Positions 10,438 to 20,331 of a DNA stretch of 32,000 nucleotides are shown here, piece after piece. Each line of letters begins with the position of its first letter. Positions within the stretch are counted from its first letter, which is position 1. Under the pieces are notes generated by a model. The model had not been told where the DNA came from and made no database searches. It saw only the letters and a list, made by a program, of their open reading frames with translations. The DNA comes from Vibrio alginolyticus NBRC 15630 = ATCC 17749 (GTDB lineage: Bacteria; Pseudomonadota; Gammaproteobacteria; Enterobacterales; Vibrionaceae). The DNA is taken from contig NC_022349.1 of NCBI RefSeq assembly GCF_000354175.2, positions 1,110,001 through 1,142,000 on the forward strand, given 5' to 3'. The translations under genes were made by a program, and so were the position numbers.

Positions 10438-11622
10438 ATGAGTCTTGAGCAATCTTTGGACTATCTCACCAAAACAAATTTGCCGATCGAATCAAAGCAG
10501 CAGGCCTTGGTTGACTCAGTTATTCTTACCCTAACGAAACAAAAACGAGATGCTCTTTTTCAACCGGTTGCTCTGTATCGAATAAAACTGCTTAAATCTC
10601 TCTTTCCTAAACACGCATCAAAAAGTCTTTCTGCACTATTTGAGTTAATGGATTATCGAGATTTAGTGCAACAGTATCCGACAGGTTTCTCCAAAGAGAT
10701 TCGTTTACTTGAACAACTTGCCGCAGATTGTTACCCGCATTGGATGGTTTTCTGGTGTCAATGCGAGATCGAAGCAATCAAGCAAAAATATCCTTCAAAC
10801 GAAGCTGCGATTCCTACTCCGCTTCCGTTTGACGACCACAGCTATACTAGCGTGTTAATTGAAGATATCGCAGATTGCGATCTTGAGGTAATGCTGCCAA
10901 ATCATGCAGCGTTAATGCCGATTTCCGAAGCGATCACACTGAGTAATCTTGAGCTTTTCGTCCAAACTGAACAATGGTTTGAAATCTTGCCTCTTTTATC
11001 ACTCTCGCAAAAAGGGCAGCACTTTGCCCTCTTGCTCAAATCGTCATCTTCACCAATCATGGTCTCCTCCGCTTTAGTGCAAAGCTGGCATCAACGAAAT
11101 AACTGGCTCAGTTACTCACCACAGTTTAGTAACGAACAATGGCAGTTTTGCTTTCCTAATCATGGGTATAGTGTTCTCAATCAACTGGGTATTTTGGAGT
11201 GTCGTGCTCTAACTCATGAGCACACTCTTATTGAGTTTGATGCTCAGTTTCAATCTCGTGTAAAGAACAGTGAAGCGGTTTGCGAAGTACTGCGTCTTAC
11301 GGTGGGAGGCAACATTCAACAAAAGCTGTATTTTTTGTATCTGGCGCAAAAAACTATGATGAGCGAGCTCTATAAAGCAGGCTATAAGCTCGGCTTTACC
11401 ATTATTGAGCAAGTGTTTATGTTAAATTTCTATCAATCTATTGATTTAAGTGCCTACTTTCACTCAGGATACCGCGACATTAACAGTGACGGTACCAAGA
11501 CATACCGCGGTTTCTGGAATTTAGGTATGATGGTTGAAGCATTTCAAGACATACAATTTCGCGACTACAAACATTGCGTACGAACAAAAAGAATGGATAA
11601 AAAGGTGAATGAGCATGCTTGA
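10438..11622 (+). CDS. luxM: LuxM/AinS-family acyl-homoserine-lactone synthase (candidate)
   Basis: 394 aa, the size of LuxM/VanM/OpaM. It sits immediately upstream of a LuxN-type kinase and overlaps it by 14 nt, which is the canonical luxMN arrangement. The call rests on synteny and size. I did not verify catalytic motifs. Confidence 0.65.
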   Translation: MSLEQSLDYLTKTNLPIESKQQALVDSVILTLTKQKRDALFQPVALYRIKLLKSLFPKHASKSLSALFELMDYRDLVQQYPTGFSKEIRLLEQLAADCYPHWMVFWCQCEIEAIKQKYPSNEAAIPTPLPFDDHSYTSVLIEDIADCDLEVMLPNHAALMPISEAITLSNLELFVQTEQWFEILPLLSLSQKGQHFALLLKSSSSPIMVSSALVQSWHQRNNWLSYSPQFSNEQWQFCFPNHGYSVLNQLGILECRALTHEHTLIEFDAQFQSRVKNSEAVCEVLRLTVGGNIQQKLYFLYLAQKTMMSELYKAGYKLGFTIIEQVFMLNFYQSIDLSAYFHSGYRDINSDGTKTYRGFWNLGMMVEAFQDIQFRDYKHCVRTKRMDKKVNEHA

Positions 11623-14155
11623 TGTTCATTTGCACGGTATCTTTTACCCAAAAGCATTGGCATTGTACGCGACTGTACTAATAGTATTCGCTTGGTTACT
11701 GTATTACTGCTATCGCCTAAAACAGAAGAGTGAATCAATCTTAGGCTCGCATCACGCGCCTTACATCGCTTATTCCAGCTGTATCATTGTTTGGATAAGC
11801 AGCAACGCCTATTTCCATACCGATTTATTGCCAGAATTAGGCTCTGTTGGTGGCATTTTTATGGCTAAGTTAGCGAACTTAGCGTCTTTTTTCGCCTTTG
11901 CGTTTGCATTCTATTTTTCTTGCCAGTTAACCGCAGATGTTAAAAAAACAGCGGTCAAAGTCTGGCAAAAAGTCGTCTTTGTCGCACTAGCAACGTATTC
12001 ACTGTACATCAACTTAGTGCCGAATCTTACTGTCGAAAATGTCACCATTAGTGGTCCAAGCCAGTTCGTCATTGAATTTGGCTCACATACCTCATATTTT
12101 TTCATTAGTTTGCTAGCTTTCGTGGTACTAACGCTGCTTAACTTGATTGCCATGCGCGCGAACAGCAGCAAGCTCACGCTAGCAAAAAGCAACTATATGA
12201 TAGCTGGCATTTTGGTATTCATGTTATCTACGGCAGTGATACACCTTGGAATGACGTATTTCCTTGGCGACTTCTCCCTAACTTGGTTACCACCAGCACT
12301 TTCAATCAGCGAAATGTTGTTTGTGGGCTATGCCCTACTTACCTCTCGCTTCTACAGCGCTAAATATCTCACGTACTTAACGGTAAGCGCGCTCTTAGTC
12401 TGCGCCATTTTTGTTCTGCCGCTAGGGGCGATATTTATTCCTATCTCTGAAGATAACCAATGGCTTGTTGCGGTACCTTTATGTGCGCTTATCGGTATCA
12501 CTTGGCACTTGCTTTTTAAGCGAGTCAGTCGTTACGCTTCGTATTTTATTTATGGGAAACGACACACTCCCGTTCAGCAAATCCTTGGGTTAGAGGAAGA
12601 GTTTAAACGCTCAATAGATGATGCTATGCATCAGTTGGCATCGTTACTTAACATACCAAACAACAAGCTGCAGCTAGTCACTAGCAATTACACAGAAACG
12701 TTTTACGAAGAGTACCTGCCGTCAAGCAAGTCAGTTCTCGTGCTAGATGAGTTGTCTGAAGAAATTGATTATGCCTCCTCTTCTAAAGGGTCGATGAGAA
12801 AGCTCTACGAGCGCATGCGCTCAAGCAATACTGCGCTCGTTATGCCTCTCTTCGGTCGTGGAAAGTCAGTTACTCACTTACTAATTTCTTCACATAAAAT
12901 AGATAATAAGCTGTTTTCTAATGAAGAAATCTCAGCTCTGCAAACGTTATTAGTTCGCATCCAGAGCACCATTGAAGCCGATAGAAAGGTACGCCAAAGC
13001 CGTGCGCTGGCTAACTCCATTGCACATGAAATGCGTAACCCTCTCGCTCAAGTACAATTACAATTTGAAGCTTTAAAACAGCATATAGAGTCAAACGCCT
13101 CACTGGATACGCTAAAAAGAGAAATTGATAAAGGTGAAGCCGCTATACAACGCGGTAGACAACTTATCGATATTATTTTACGAGAAGTTAGCGACAGTTC
13201 ACCAGAGCATGAGCCTTTAGCTCTCACTTCCATACATAAAGCCATCGACCAAGCAGTAAGCCGTTATGGTTTTGAAAACGATCAAATAATAGAGAGAATT
13301 AACCTGCCACAGGCACACGATTTTGTCGCGAAGTTAAATGAGACCCTGTTTAACTTTGTCATTTTCAATTTGATTCGTAACGCTATCTACTATTTTGATT
13401 CTTATCCCGACAGTCAAATTGAGATTCGTACCCAGACGGGGGCTTACGAAAACATTCTGATCTTCCGAGATAGTGGGCCAGGTATAGATAGCAGTATCTT
13501 ACACAAGATATTTGATGACTTTTTCTCGTATCAAAAAAGCGGAGGCAGTGGCTTAGGTTTGGGCTATTGCCAACGTGTTATGCGCTCCTTCGGAGGACGA
13601 ATAGAGTGCCAGTCTGAATTGAACGAGTTCACAGAATTCTACTTGTATTTCCCAGTCGTACCAAACGCACCAAAACCAGAGACATTAAGAGCACCGGACT
13701 TTGATAGCTGGAAAGCAACTGCATCACATTTTGAAAATCATTCAGCTCAACACGTACAAGTATCTAAAGATGCACCAACAGTGCTCATTGTTGATGACAA
13801 AGAGGTGCAACGCACCTTGGTACAGATGTATTTAAAAAGGCTGGGAGTCAACAGCTTACAAGCAAATAATGGAGCCTCTGCGGTAGAACTATTCCACTCT
13901 CATAAGATTGATCTCGTTCTTATGGATGTCCAAATGCCGGTAATGAATGGATTTGACGCAAGCCAACGGATTAAGCAAATCACATCCTCCGTTCCAATCA
14001 TTGCCTTATCTGGTGAGTCTGGAGCTAGAGAGTTGGAGCTAATTTCGAAACTCATGGATGACAGACTCGAAAAGCCCACCACGTTAAATGCACTTCAAGT
14101 CGTCATCCAAAGATGGTTACAGAACGAGAATTCTGCGCCTTCCAACACTTTTTAA
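11609..14155 (+). CDS. luxN: Hybrid sensor histidine kinase, LuxN-type AHL receptor
   Basis: 848 aa; V. harveyi LuxN is 849 aa as I recall. The N-terminal ~300 aa hold many hydrophobic helices. The H-box is SIAHEMRNPL with His at residue 473. The ATPase G-boxes are DSGPGI and GGSGLGLGYC. The receiver is LVLMDVQMP with Asp at residue 773. These positions are 2 residues off the H471/D771 reported for LuxN. Confidence 0.85.
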   Translation: MSMLDVHLHGIFYPKALALYATVLIVFAWLLYYCYRLKQKSESILGSHHAPYIAYSSCIIVWISSNAYFHTDLLPELGSVGGIFMAKLANLASFFAFAFAFYFSCQLTADVKKTAVKVWQKVVFVALATYSLYINLVPNLTVENVTISGPSQFVIEFGSHTSYFFISLLAFVVLTLLNLIAMRANSSKLTLAKSNYMIAGILVFMLSTAVIHLGMTYFLGDFSLTWLPPALSISEMLFVGYALLTSRFYSAKYLTYLTVSALLVCAIFVLPLGAIFIPISEDNQWLVAVPLCALIGITWHLLFKRVSRYASYFIYGKRHTPVQQILGLEEEFKRSIDDAMHQLASLLNIPNNKLQLVTSNYTETFYEEYLPSSKSVLVLDELSEEIDYASSSKGSMRKLYERMRSSNTALVMPLFGRGKSVTHLLISSHKIDNKLFSNEEISALQTLLVRIQSTIEADRKVRQSRALANSIAHEMRNPLAQVQLQFEALKQHIESNASLDTLKREIDKGEAAIQRGRQLIDIILREVSDSSPEHEPLALTSIHKAIDQAVSRYGFENDQIIERINLPQAHDFVAKLNETLFNFVIFNLIRNAIYYFDSYPDSQIEIRTQTGAYENILIFRDSGPGIDSSILHKIFDDFFSYQKSGGSGLGLGYCQRVMRSFGGRIECQSELNEFTEFYLYFPVVPNAPKPETLRAPDFDSWKATASHFENHSAQHVQVSKDAPTVLIVDDKEVQRTLVQMYLKRLGVNSLQANNGASAVELFHSHKIDLVLMDVQMPVMNGFDASQRIKQITSSVPIIALSGESGARELELISKLMDDRLEKPTTLNALQVVIQRWLQNENSAPSNTF

Positions 14156-14266
14156 TCTGCAAATATAGAATTGGCACTAGATGTGCATTATTGGAGTAAA
14201 TCGAATTATCCAGAAGGTCAAGCAGGCTGCAAAAGAGTAGCGTATGAGCTTGATAAGGAGATCGCC

Positions 14267-14509
14267 ATGTTACTTCATCGACATACATACTACGGCTTGA
14301 TTCATCATGGAATCAAAACACTGTTACTTGATCGCTTAGGCCACTATACAGAAGAAGAGTATCATCAATATCTGAGCCTGATGACTGGTAAATCCACTTG
14401 CTTCACGATGTCTCTCGAAGAGCTAGAAGCAACGGTCGATAACTTACTACGGGAAGGCTATTTAGAAGATGTAAAAACGCTTATTTCCCAATATCAACGT
14501 GTTGCTTAA
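14267..14509 (+). CDS. Small hypothetical protein, GemA/Mu-gp16-like (DUF1018-like) fragment
   Basis: The ATG at 14267 is preceded by AAGGAG with a 7-nt spacer; the listed TTG start at 14171 has no such support. 80 aa. YHQYLSLMTGKSTCFTMSLEELEATVDNLLREGY resembles the conserved core of Mu GemA-family proteins as I recall it. A terminator follows. Confidence 0.45.
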   Translation: MLLHRHTYYGLIHHGIKTLLLDRLGHYTEEEYHQYLSLMTGKSTCFTMSLEELEATVDNLLREGYLEDVKTLISQYQRVA

Positions 14510-14529
14510 GGTTTAAAACTCTCAACTCT

Positions 14530-14557
14530 ATTGCCGCTTCACGCGGCAATTTTTATT
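14530..14557 (+). terminator. Rho-independent terminator
   Basis: ATTGCCGC (14530-14537) pairs with GCGGCAAT (14543-14550) around a 5-nt loop, followed by TTTTTATT. Confidence 0.7.
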
Positions 14558-14707
14558 CCTTCCATTTGCTGTTTCGACGTGGAAGAAGCTTGCGGGCTGT
14601 ACGATATACTAAGCGTTACTATTCTTACCTTAACTTCCTCAGTATTCACATCTTGTCAGATTCCGTTAGACTGTCTTCAATTCAATAATTAGGTAGATTT
14701 TGCCATC

Positions 14708-15271
14708 ATGAAGCAGATCCTAGACTTTATACCACTCATCGTTTTCTTCGCTTTATACAAGCTGTACGACATCTACGTGGCGACAGGTGCACTGATCGTA
14801 GCAACAGCCATTCAGCTTGTCGTCACCTATGCGCTATATAAGAAAGTCGAAAAGATACAGCTAATAACATTTGTTATCGTCACTATCTTCGGCGGCATGA
14901 CCCTTTTCTTCCACGACGACAATTTTATAAAGTGGAAAGTCACCATCATTTACGCGATTCTGGCGATTGGCTTAGCAGTGAGCCACGCATTGGGAAAATC
15001 AGCCATCAAAGGTATGCTAGGCAAGGAAATTACGTTACCTGACGCTGTTTGGGCAAAGATTAACTGGGCTTGGGTTGGCTTCTTCTCATTCTTCGCTGGC
15101 CTAAACATTTATATTGCTTACGAATTGCCGTTGGATGTTTGGGTTAACTTCAAAGTATTTGGAATGTTGATCGCGACATTTGCCTACATGATTGCGACTG
15201 GCTTTTACATTTATAAACACATGCCAAAAGAACAAAAAAATAACTCATCCGATGTGTCCACTGATGATTAA
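14708..15271 (+). CDS. yciB: Inner-membrane intracellular septation protein A
   Basis: 187 aa. It is near-collinear with E. coli YciB ([28 protein letters not shown]..., [24 protein letters not shown]). Confidence 0.95.
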   Translation: MKQILDFIPLIVFFALYKLYDIYVATGALIVATAIQLVVTYALYKKVEKIQLITFVIVTIFGGMTLFFHDDNFIKWKVTIIYAILAIGLAVSHALGKSAIKGMLGKEITLPDAVWAKINWAWVGFFSFFAGLNIYIAYELPLDVWVNFKVFGMLIATFAYMIATGFYIYKHMPKEQKNNSSDVSTDD

Positions 15272-15301
15272 AAACTCAGTTTTGCTATAATCCGCGACTT
15301 C

Positions 15302-15327
15302 ACAGCGACCTTAGGGTCGCTGTTTTG
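15302..15327 (+). terminator. Rho-independent terminator after yciB
   Basis: ACAGCGACC (15302-15310) pairs with GGTCGCTGT (15315-15323), followed by TTTT. Confidence 0.7.
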
Positions 15328-15496
15328 CTCCATGTATCAGTAAACCGCTCAAACAACGTACCGTTTTCAGACCATTCTTGCTGCTGTAAATCAACTTTCT
15401 CTGGTCCGGTATCTGCGGTTTTTTAAGGACCTTTGGTTCTAGGTATTTACTATGTTGGCGCTTAGTTTGAGCGCCTTTAAGATTTAGGATGTCACA

Positions 15497-15892
15497 ATGA
15501 GTCAAGAAATTAGCTCTCCGAAAGGTCAAATGCTGCTTCGTACCCTTGCAATGCCTGCAGATACAAACGCCAATGGCGATATTTTTGGCGGTTGGATAAT
15601 GTCTCAGCTCGACTTAGCGGGCGCGATTCTGGCAAAAGAGATCTCTTGTGGTCGCGTTGTCACCGTTTCGGTATCAAGCATTACGTTCAAAAAACCTGTT
15701 GGTGTGGGCGATGTCGTATGCTGCTACGGCGAATGCACTAAGATCGGCCGCACATCCATGAGTGTCGATTTGGAAGTATGGGTCAAACCCGTCAAAGCTC
15801 ACGGTGTTGGCGAACGCTTCATGGTTTGTGATGCGACCTTCAACTACGTAGCCATTGACAGTGAAGGTAAACCACGTCCGGTTCAGAATTAG
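15497..15892 (+). CDS. yciA: Acyl-CoA thioester hydrolase (hotdog fold)
   Basis: 131 aa. LRTLAMPADTNANGDIFGGW.MSQ.D..GAILAKEI..GRVVTV and VGDVVCCY match E. coli YciA almost residue for residue. Confidence 0.95.
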   Translation: MSQEISSPKGQMLLRTLAMPADTNANGDIFGGWIMSQLDLAGAILAKEISCGRVVTVSVSSITFKKPVGVGDVVCCYGECTKIGRTSMSVDLEVWVKPVKAHGVGERFMVCDATFNYVAIDSEGKPRPVQN

Positions 15893-16007
15893 TCAACCTA
15901 CAACGCTAACAGTTAGAAAGGATCTCACATTTTCTGTTGTTCACTTGTGAGAGACACAAAAAAGGCGTTAAATTAACACTTTACCCTACCAATTAAGGAA
16001 CTATGCT

Positions 16008-16304
16008 ATGTGGTATGTCATCTTTTCACAGGACGTTGAGAACTCGTTGGAAAAACGCATGAGCGTTCGCCCACAACACTTGGATCGCTTACAAAAGCTA
16101 CAAGACGAAGGCCGCCTTCTTACAGCTGGTCCGATGCCTGCGATAGATTCTGACAATCCTGGTGAAGCTGGATTTACGGGCTCAACTGTCATCGCTGAAT
16201 TCGCCTCTCTAGAGGATGCTAAAGCGTGGGCAGAAGCCGATCCTTATGTAGCGGCTGGTGTTTACGATCATGTAATCGTGAAACCGTTCAAAAAAGTGTT
16301 TTAA
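16008..16304 (+). CDS. yciI: YciI-family protein
   Basis: 98 aa. [71 protein letters not shown] matches E. coli YciI. Confidence 0.95.
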   Translation: MWYVIFSQDVENSLEKRMSVRPQHLDRLQKLQDEGRLLTAGPMPAIDSDNPGEAGFTGSTVIAEFASLEDAKAWAEADPYVAAGVYDHVIVKPFKKVF

Positions 16305-16307
16305 TTT

Positions 16308-16700
16308 ATGAAAAAATTACTGTGTCTTTTCTTGGTATTTGGTGCTCTGGCTGGCTGTTCATCAACCGATGATAAGCAGCGCCAACTTGAGCTTATGGCA
16401 TCAAACCGAGCAGGAGTTTTGTCTGCGGGTCTCCCTTTAGAGTACGGTCCACTGCAAATAATGCGTGTCTCATCCAACAAAAATGTTGTAGAGATGATGA
16501 TGATTTATAACGATGGCGCACTCGGTGCAAAGCCGTTAAATCAAGTACTGAATACCAGTATCTATACCTACTGCAGCAACCCAGAAGTTCGCAAGCAAAT
16601 TGATATGGGCTTGATGTATCGTATTAAGGTACGTAATTCTCGCGGTCAGTTGATGGCAGATGAGTTGGTTTCCGCACAGACTTGTACTCAGGTGAAGTAG
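16308..16700 (+). CDS. Hypothetical lipoprotein
   Basis: 130 aa. It has a signal peptide with the lipobox LAGC (MKKLLCLFLVFGALAGCSS). It starts 3 nt after the yciI stop. Function unknown. Confidence 0.7.
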   Translation: MKKLLCLFLVFGALAGCSSTDDKQRQLELMASNRAGVLSAGLPLEYGPLQIMRVSSNKNVVEMMMIYNDGALGAKPLNQVLNTSIYTYCSNPEVRKQIDMGLMYRIKVRNSRGQLMADELVSAQTCTQVK

Positions 16701-16787
16701 CTACAGTAATTTTTGTTGCTTTCGGCACGAGACGATGATTCGCTATTATTGAATAATCTGAAAACGAAAGTTAACAATTAAGAATAG

Positions 16788-16816
16788 AAAAACGGAGACC
16801 ACAGTCTCCGTTTTTA
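16788..16816. terminator. Bidirectional rho-independent terminator between the lipoprotein gene and metE
   Basis: CGGAGAC (16793-16799) pairs with GTCTCCG (16804-16810). It is flanked by an A-run upstream and T5 downstream, so it can serve both convergent transcripts. Confidence 0.75.
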
Positions 16817-16833
16817 TTTGCTGTAACGATGTG

Positions 16834-19116
16834 TTACGCCAGCTCAGCACGGAGCTTCTTCGCCGCTGAAACCAGATTTGCCAATGCGGCTTCTGTCTCC
16901 TTCCAGTTTCGTGTTTTCAGACCACAATCTGGGTTTACCCACAAACGTTGAGCCGGAATTTTTTCTGCCGCTTTCTTGATTAAACCTTCAATCCATTCTT
17001 CCGTAGGAATGTTTGGTGAGTGAATGTCATAAACACCAGGGCCAATTTCGTTCGGGTAATTGAACTCTTCAAATGCTTTCAGCAGCTCCATATTTGAGCG
17101 AGATGTTTCAATGGTAATGACGTCCGCATCGAGTGCCGCAACCGAATCAATGATTTCATTGAACTCGCTGTAACACATATGAGTGTGAATCTGAGTTTCT
17201 GGTTTTGCACTTGCCGCAGAGACCTTAAACGCATTTACGGCCCATTCTAAGTACGCTTTGTGATCGCGTTTTTTGAGTGGTAAACCTTCTCGAATGGCTG
17301 GCTCATCAATTTGAATGATATTGATGCCTGCATCTTGCAGGTCAGACACCTCATCACGTAGTGCCAAAGCAAGTTGCTGCGCAATTTCTTGACGTGTGAT
17401 GTCTTCACGTGGGAACGTCCAACATAAAATCGTTACTGGTCCAGTCAACATGCCTTTCATCTGTTTGCTGGTTAGCGACTGGGCGTACGTCGACCATTCA
17501 ACTGTGATCGGTTTTTCACGTTCAATGTCAGCAACTACAATGGCAGGTTTCACACAGCGAGAACCATAACTCTGTACCCAACCAAATTTGGTCGTTTGAA
17601 AACCCGCCAAGTTCTCAGCGAAGTATTCCACCATGTCGTTACGCTCTGCTTCACCATGAACTAGCACATCTAGGTCGAGCGCCTCTTGACGTTTTACTGC
17701 GTCAGCAATATGTCCTTTAAGTGCTTGGATATATTCAGACTCAGATAATTGACCTGTACGATAAGCGCTGCGCTGCACCCGGATTTCACCCGTTTGAGGA
17801 AAAGAGCCGATTGTCGTTGTTGGCAACAAAGGCAAGCCCAATACTTCAGCTTGATGCGCAGCACGCTCTGCATAAGGTGCGCTGCGCTCGGCAAGTGACG
17901 CGGTAATGTTGTTTAAACGCGCTTGTACTTGAGGTTTATTCACATGTGTTGCTGTCTTGCGCGCTTTGATTGTCTGGCTATAGGTATCACAAGCGAGAAT
18001 CGCATTTTGATCACCATCGAGCGCTCGGCCAAGCAAGGCGACTTCTGCCACTTTTTGTTTTGCAAAGGCAAACCAACTTTTTACTTCTTCGCTCAGTTCT
18101 GTTTCCAGTGCTAAATCAACAGGGCTATGTAGAAGAGAACATGAACTGGCAACCCAAAGTTTGTCGCCCAGTTTCTCTTTGACTGGCTGTAGACGCTCGA
18201 GTTGGGCACTTAAATCCGAACGCCACACGTTACGACCATTCACAACGCCAGCAGAAAGCACCCACCCCTCCGGTAACTTGGCAACCACATCGTCAAGCTG
18301 CTGAGGGACGGCAGATAAATCGATATGCAAACCATCCACCGGTAGCTCTACAATTTTGTCTAGCGTATCGCTTACGGAGTCAAAGTACGTCGTTAGCAGC
18401 ACTTTTACATCGCTTCGAATCACTTGGTAGGCCAGCTTAAACGAATCAGCCCATTTGCTTTCTAGCTCCAGTGACAAAGTTGGCTCATCAATCTGAACCC
18501 ACTCAACACCTTGACTTGCTAGCTTTGCCAAAATAGCTTGGTAAGCAGTAAGTAAGCGTGGTAGCAGGGTTAAGCGGTCAAACCCTTCTTCGACCTCTTT
18601 GCCCAAGTAAAGGTAACTGACTGGGCCAAGCAAAACAGGCTTCACTTGGTGGCCAGCTTGAAGCGCTTCGTTGACTTCTTCAAACAGTTGCGGCCAGCTC
18701 ACTTCAAACGTATCGTCCTTGCTGAATTCAGGGACAATGTAATGGTAGTTTGTGTTGAACCATTTGGTCATATCCGATGCCGCAGCGCCCGCACAGCTGC
18801 AACCCGCCTGAGATTGACCGCGACCCACTTTGAACAACGTATCCAGGTTAGGGAAACCATCAGCGTGACGCTTTGGCACATGACCCAATAGCAACGTGGT
18901 CGTCAGTACATGATCGTACCAAGCGAAGTCGCCAGCGGTGGCAAAACTCAAGCCAGCATCTGTTTGCGTTTGCCAGTTTTTAGCGCGCAGATCTGCTCCA
19001 ACCTTTTTAAGCTCTGCTTGATCAATTTCTCCGCGCCAGTATTTTTCCTGAGCGAATTTTAATTCTCGTTTTTCACCGATGCGTGGATAACCTAATATGT
19101 GAGTCGTTGTCGCCAT
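16834..19116 (-). CDS. metE: Cobalamin-independent methionine synthase (5-methyltetrahydropteroyltriglutamate--homocysteine methyltransferase)
   Basis: 760 aa. It has the N-terminus [15 protein letters not shown] and the C-terminal Zn-site region HMCYSEF...PDCGLKTR. It is collinear with E. coli MetE. An SD (AAGGAA) lies upstream. Confidence 0.97.
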   Translation of the reverse strand: MATTTHILGYPRIGEKRELKFAQEKYWRGEIDQAELKKVGADLRAKNWQTQTDAGLSFATAGDFAWYDHVLTTTLLLGHVPKRHADGFPNLDTLFKVGRGQSQAGCSCAGAAASDMTKWFNTNYHYIVPEFSKDDTFEVSWPQLFEEVNEALQAGHQVKPVLLGPVSYLYLGKEVEEGFDRLTLLPRLLTAYQAILAKLASQGVEWVQIDEPTLSLELESKWADSFKLAYQVIRSDVKVLLTTYFDSVSDTLDKIVELPVDGLHIDLSAVPQQLDDVVAKLPEGWVLSAGVVNGRNVWRSDLSAQLERLQPVKEKLGDKLWVASSCSLLHSPVDLALETELSEEVKSWFAFAKQKVAEVALLGRALDGDQNAILACDTYSQTIKARKTATHVNKPQVQARLNNITASLAERSAPYAERAAHQAEVLGLPLLPTTTIGSFPQTGEIRVQRSAYRTGQLSESEYIQALKGHIADAVKRQEALDLDVLVHGEAERNDMVEYFAENLAGFQTTKFGWVQSYGSRCVKPAIVVADIEREKPITVEWSTYAQSLTSKQMKGMLTGPVTILCWTFPREDITRQEIAQQLALALRDEVSDLQDAGINIIQIDEPAIREGLPLKKRDHKAYLEWAVNAFKVSAASAKPETQIHTHMCYSEFNEIIDSVAALDADVITIETSRSNMELLKAFEEFNYPNEIGPGVYDIHSPNIPTEEWIEGLIKKAAEKIPAQRLWVNPDCGLKTRNWKETEAALANLVSAAKKLRAELA

Positions 19117-19180
19117 GTCCCTATTCCTTTCTCAATTTTGTTCAATTTGTTTGGATCAGAGCATCTTTCGGTAAAGAATA

Positions 19181-19196
19181 AGATGTCTGGATGGCT
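19181..19196. promoter_or_regulatory. Candidate MetJ operator (two tandem met-box-like octamers) proximal to metE
   Basis: AGATGTCT matches the AGACGTCT consensus at 7/8 and GGATGGCT at 5/8. The site lies ~65-80 bp upstream of the metE ATG. Confidence 0.45.
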
Positions 19197-19301
19197 AAAC
19201 TATCGCTCTCATCTGATATTAGAACAACGTCCATTTATTCAACTTGTTTATTAAAAAAATTCATCATGAAGCGACATGATTCGCAAATAAAAACAACAAA
19301 T

Positions 19302-19317
19302 AGACGTCTAGACGTTT
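19302..19317. promoter_or_regulatory. MetJ operator: two tandem met boxes
   Basis: AGACGTCT (8/8) is immediately followed by AGACGTTT (7/8). The second box overlaps a -35-like TTTACA (19315-19320). The site lies ~80 bp upstream of the metR ATG in the metE-metR divergent spacer. Confidence 0.7.
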
Positions 19318-19397
19318 ACATATCCATTTTTTGTCGTTAAGTTATTTACACGATTGCTATTCTGTTCATAGCGAGCAACAAAGGATGAAAGGAATTC

Positions 19398-20279
19398 ATG
19401 ATAGAGCTAAAACATTTGCGGACACTCACTTCGCTTCGAGACACTGGCTCTCTAACGGCGACAGCGACCGCTTTGCATCTCACTCAGTCGGCACTGTCTC
19501 ATCAGATCAAAGATTTGGAGGCGCGAATTGGAGGGCAACTGTTCCTGAGAAAGACTCGTCCGGTGAAGTTCACTTCAGAGGGAGAAATCCTATTGCGTCT
19601 TGCAGAAGATATCCTTCCGAAACTCGCAAGAGCAGAAAATGATTTAGCGAGCTTGAAAGAGGACGTCAATGGCCGATTACATATGGCCATTGAATGTCAC
19701 TCTTGCTTCCAATGGCTAATGCCTGCACTTAGGGAGTACCAACTTGCTTGGCCAAGCGTAACATTGGACTTTTCCTCTGGTTTTGGCTTTGAACCACTCC
19801 CAGCTCTATTGGCAGGCGAACTCGATCTTGTTATTACTTCCGATATCCAACCTCGATCCGAAGTCCACTACGAGCCTCTATTCGACTTTGAAATGCGTTT
19901 AATTACCGCAACCAACCACCCATTGGCGGAAAAAGAAATTATTGATCCGCAAGATCTCGCAGATCAAACCATGCTCTCTTATCCTGTTCAAAAACAACGG
20001 CTAGACGTCGTAAAACACTTTCTTCAGCCAGCAGGAATAGAACCTGCGAAATGGAAGCAAGCCGACAACACTCTCATGTTAGTTCAGATGGTCTCTGCTG
20101 GATTGGGGGTGGCGGCACTACCCAATTGGGCGATTTCTGAATTTTCTCGCCAAGGTCTTATTACCAGTAAACCTTTCGGCCAAGGCTTATGGCGTCGCTT
20201 GTTTGCAGCAACGCGTCACTCAGAGAAAGAGAAGCGTTACTTACAAGCTTTTTTTCGCAACCGCGAGGCTACAATGTAA
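19398..20279 (+). CDS. metR: LysR-family transcriptional activator of methionine synthase genes
   Basis: 293 aa. MIE.KHL.TL..LR..GSL.A.A..LH.TQSALSHQ, IECHSC.QWL.PAL and YPVQ..RLDV..HFLQPAG match E. coli MetR. It is divergent from metE as in enterics. Confidence 0.95.
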   Translation: MIELKHLRTLTSLRDTGSLTATATALHLTQSALSHQIKDLEARIGGQLFLRKTRPVKFTSEGEILLRLAEDILPKLARAENDLASLKEDVNGRLHMAIECHSCFQWLMPALREYQLAWPSVTLDFSSGFGFEPLPALLAGELDLVITSDIQPRSEVHYEPLFDFEMRLITATNHPLAEKEIIDPQDLADQTMLSYPVQKQRLDVVKHFLQPAGIEPAKWKQADNTLMLVQMVSAGLGVAALPNWAISEFSRQGLITSKPFGQGLWRRLFAATRHSEKEKRYLQAFFRNREATM

Positions 20280-20312
20280 AAGCCACCTTGACGGAATCAA
20301 GGTGGCTTAAAA
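20279..20312. terminator. Hairpin terminator between metR and the convergent small gene
   Basis: AGCCACCTTG (20281-20290) pairs perfectly with CAAGGTGGCT (20298-20307). The U-run is better on the minus-strand reading (TTTTA) than on the plus strand. Confidence 0.65.
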
Positions 20313-20331
20313 GATTTGGGTTATGAAAGGC

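Noticed and set aside
14171-14266. TTG-initiated 5' extension of the small GemA-like ORF (the 112-aa version).
   Set aside because: It would start 16 nt after the luxN stop with no SD, whereas the internal ATG at 14267 has AAGGAG at ideal spacing.
15311-15529. 72-aa minus-strand ORF in the yciB-yciA spacer. I also considered an sRNA or attenuator in this 225-bp spacer (a T7 run at ~15419 and a GGCGCT/AGCGCC hairpin at ~15456-15475).
   Set aside because: The ORF overlaps the yciA start and the yciB terminator and has no SD. The T-run lacks a convincing preceding stem, and the second hairpin lacks a U-tract. That is not enough to call an RNA gene.
19117-19397. Cobalamin riboswitch upstream of metE.
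   Set aside because: Reading the minus strand of the spacer, I find no GC-rich B12-box-like core. The spacer is AT-rich and is occupied by MetJ/MetR-type sites instead.
19331-19642. 103-aa ORF overlapping the metR start in another frame.
   Set aside because: metR in the adjacent frame is collinear with E. coli MetR from its first residue. This ORF is a frame shadow.
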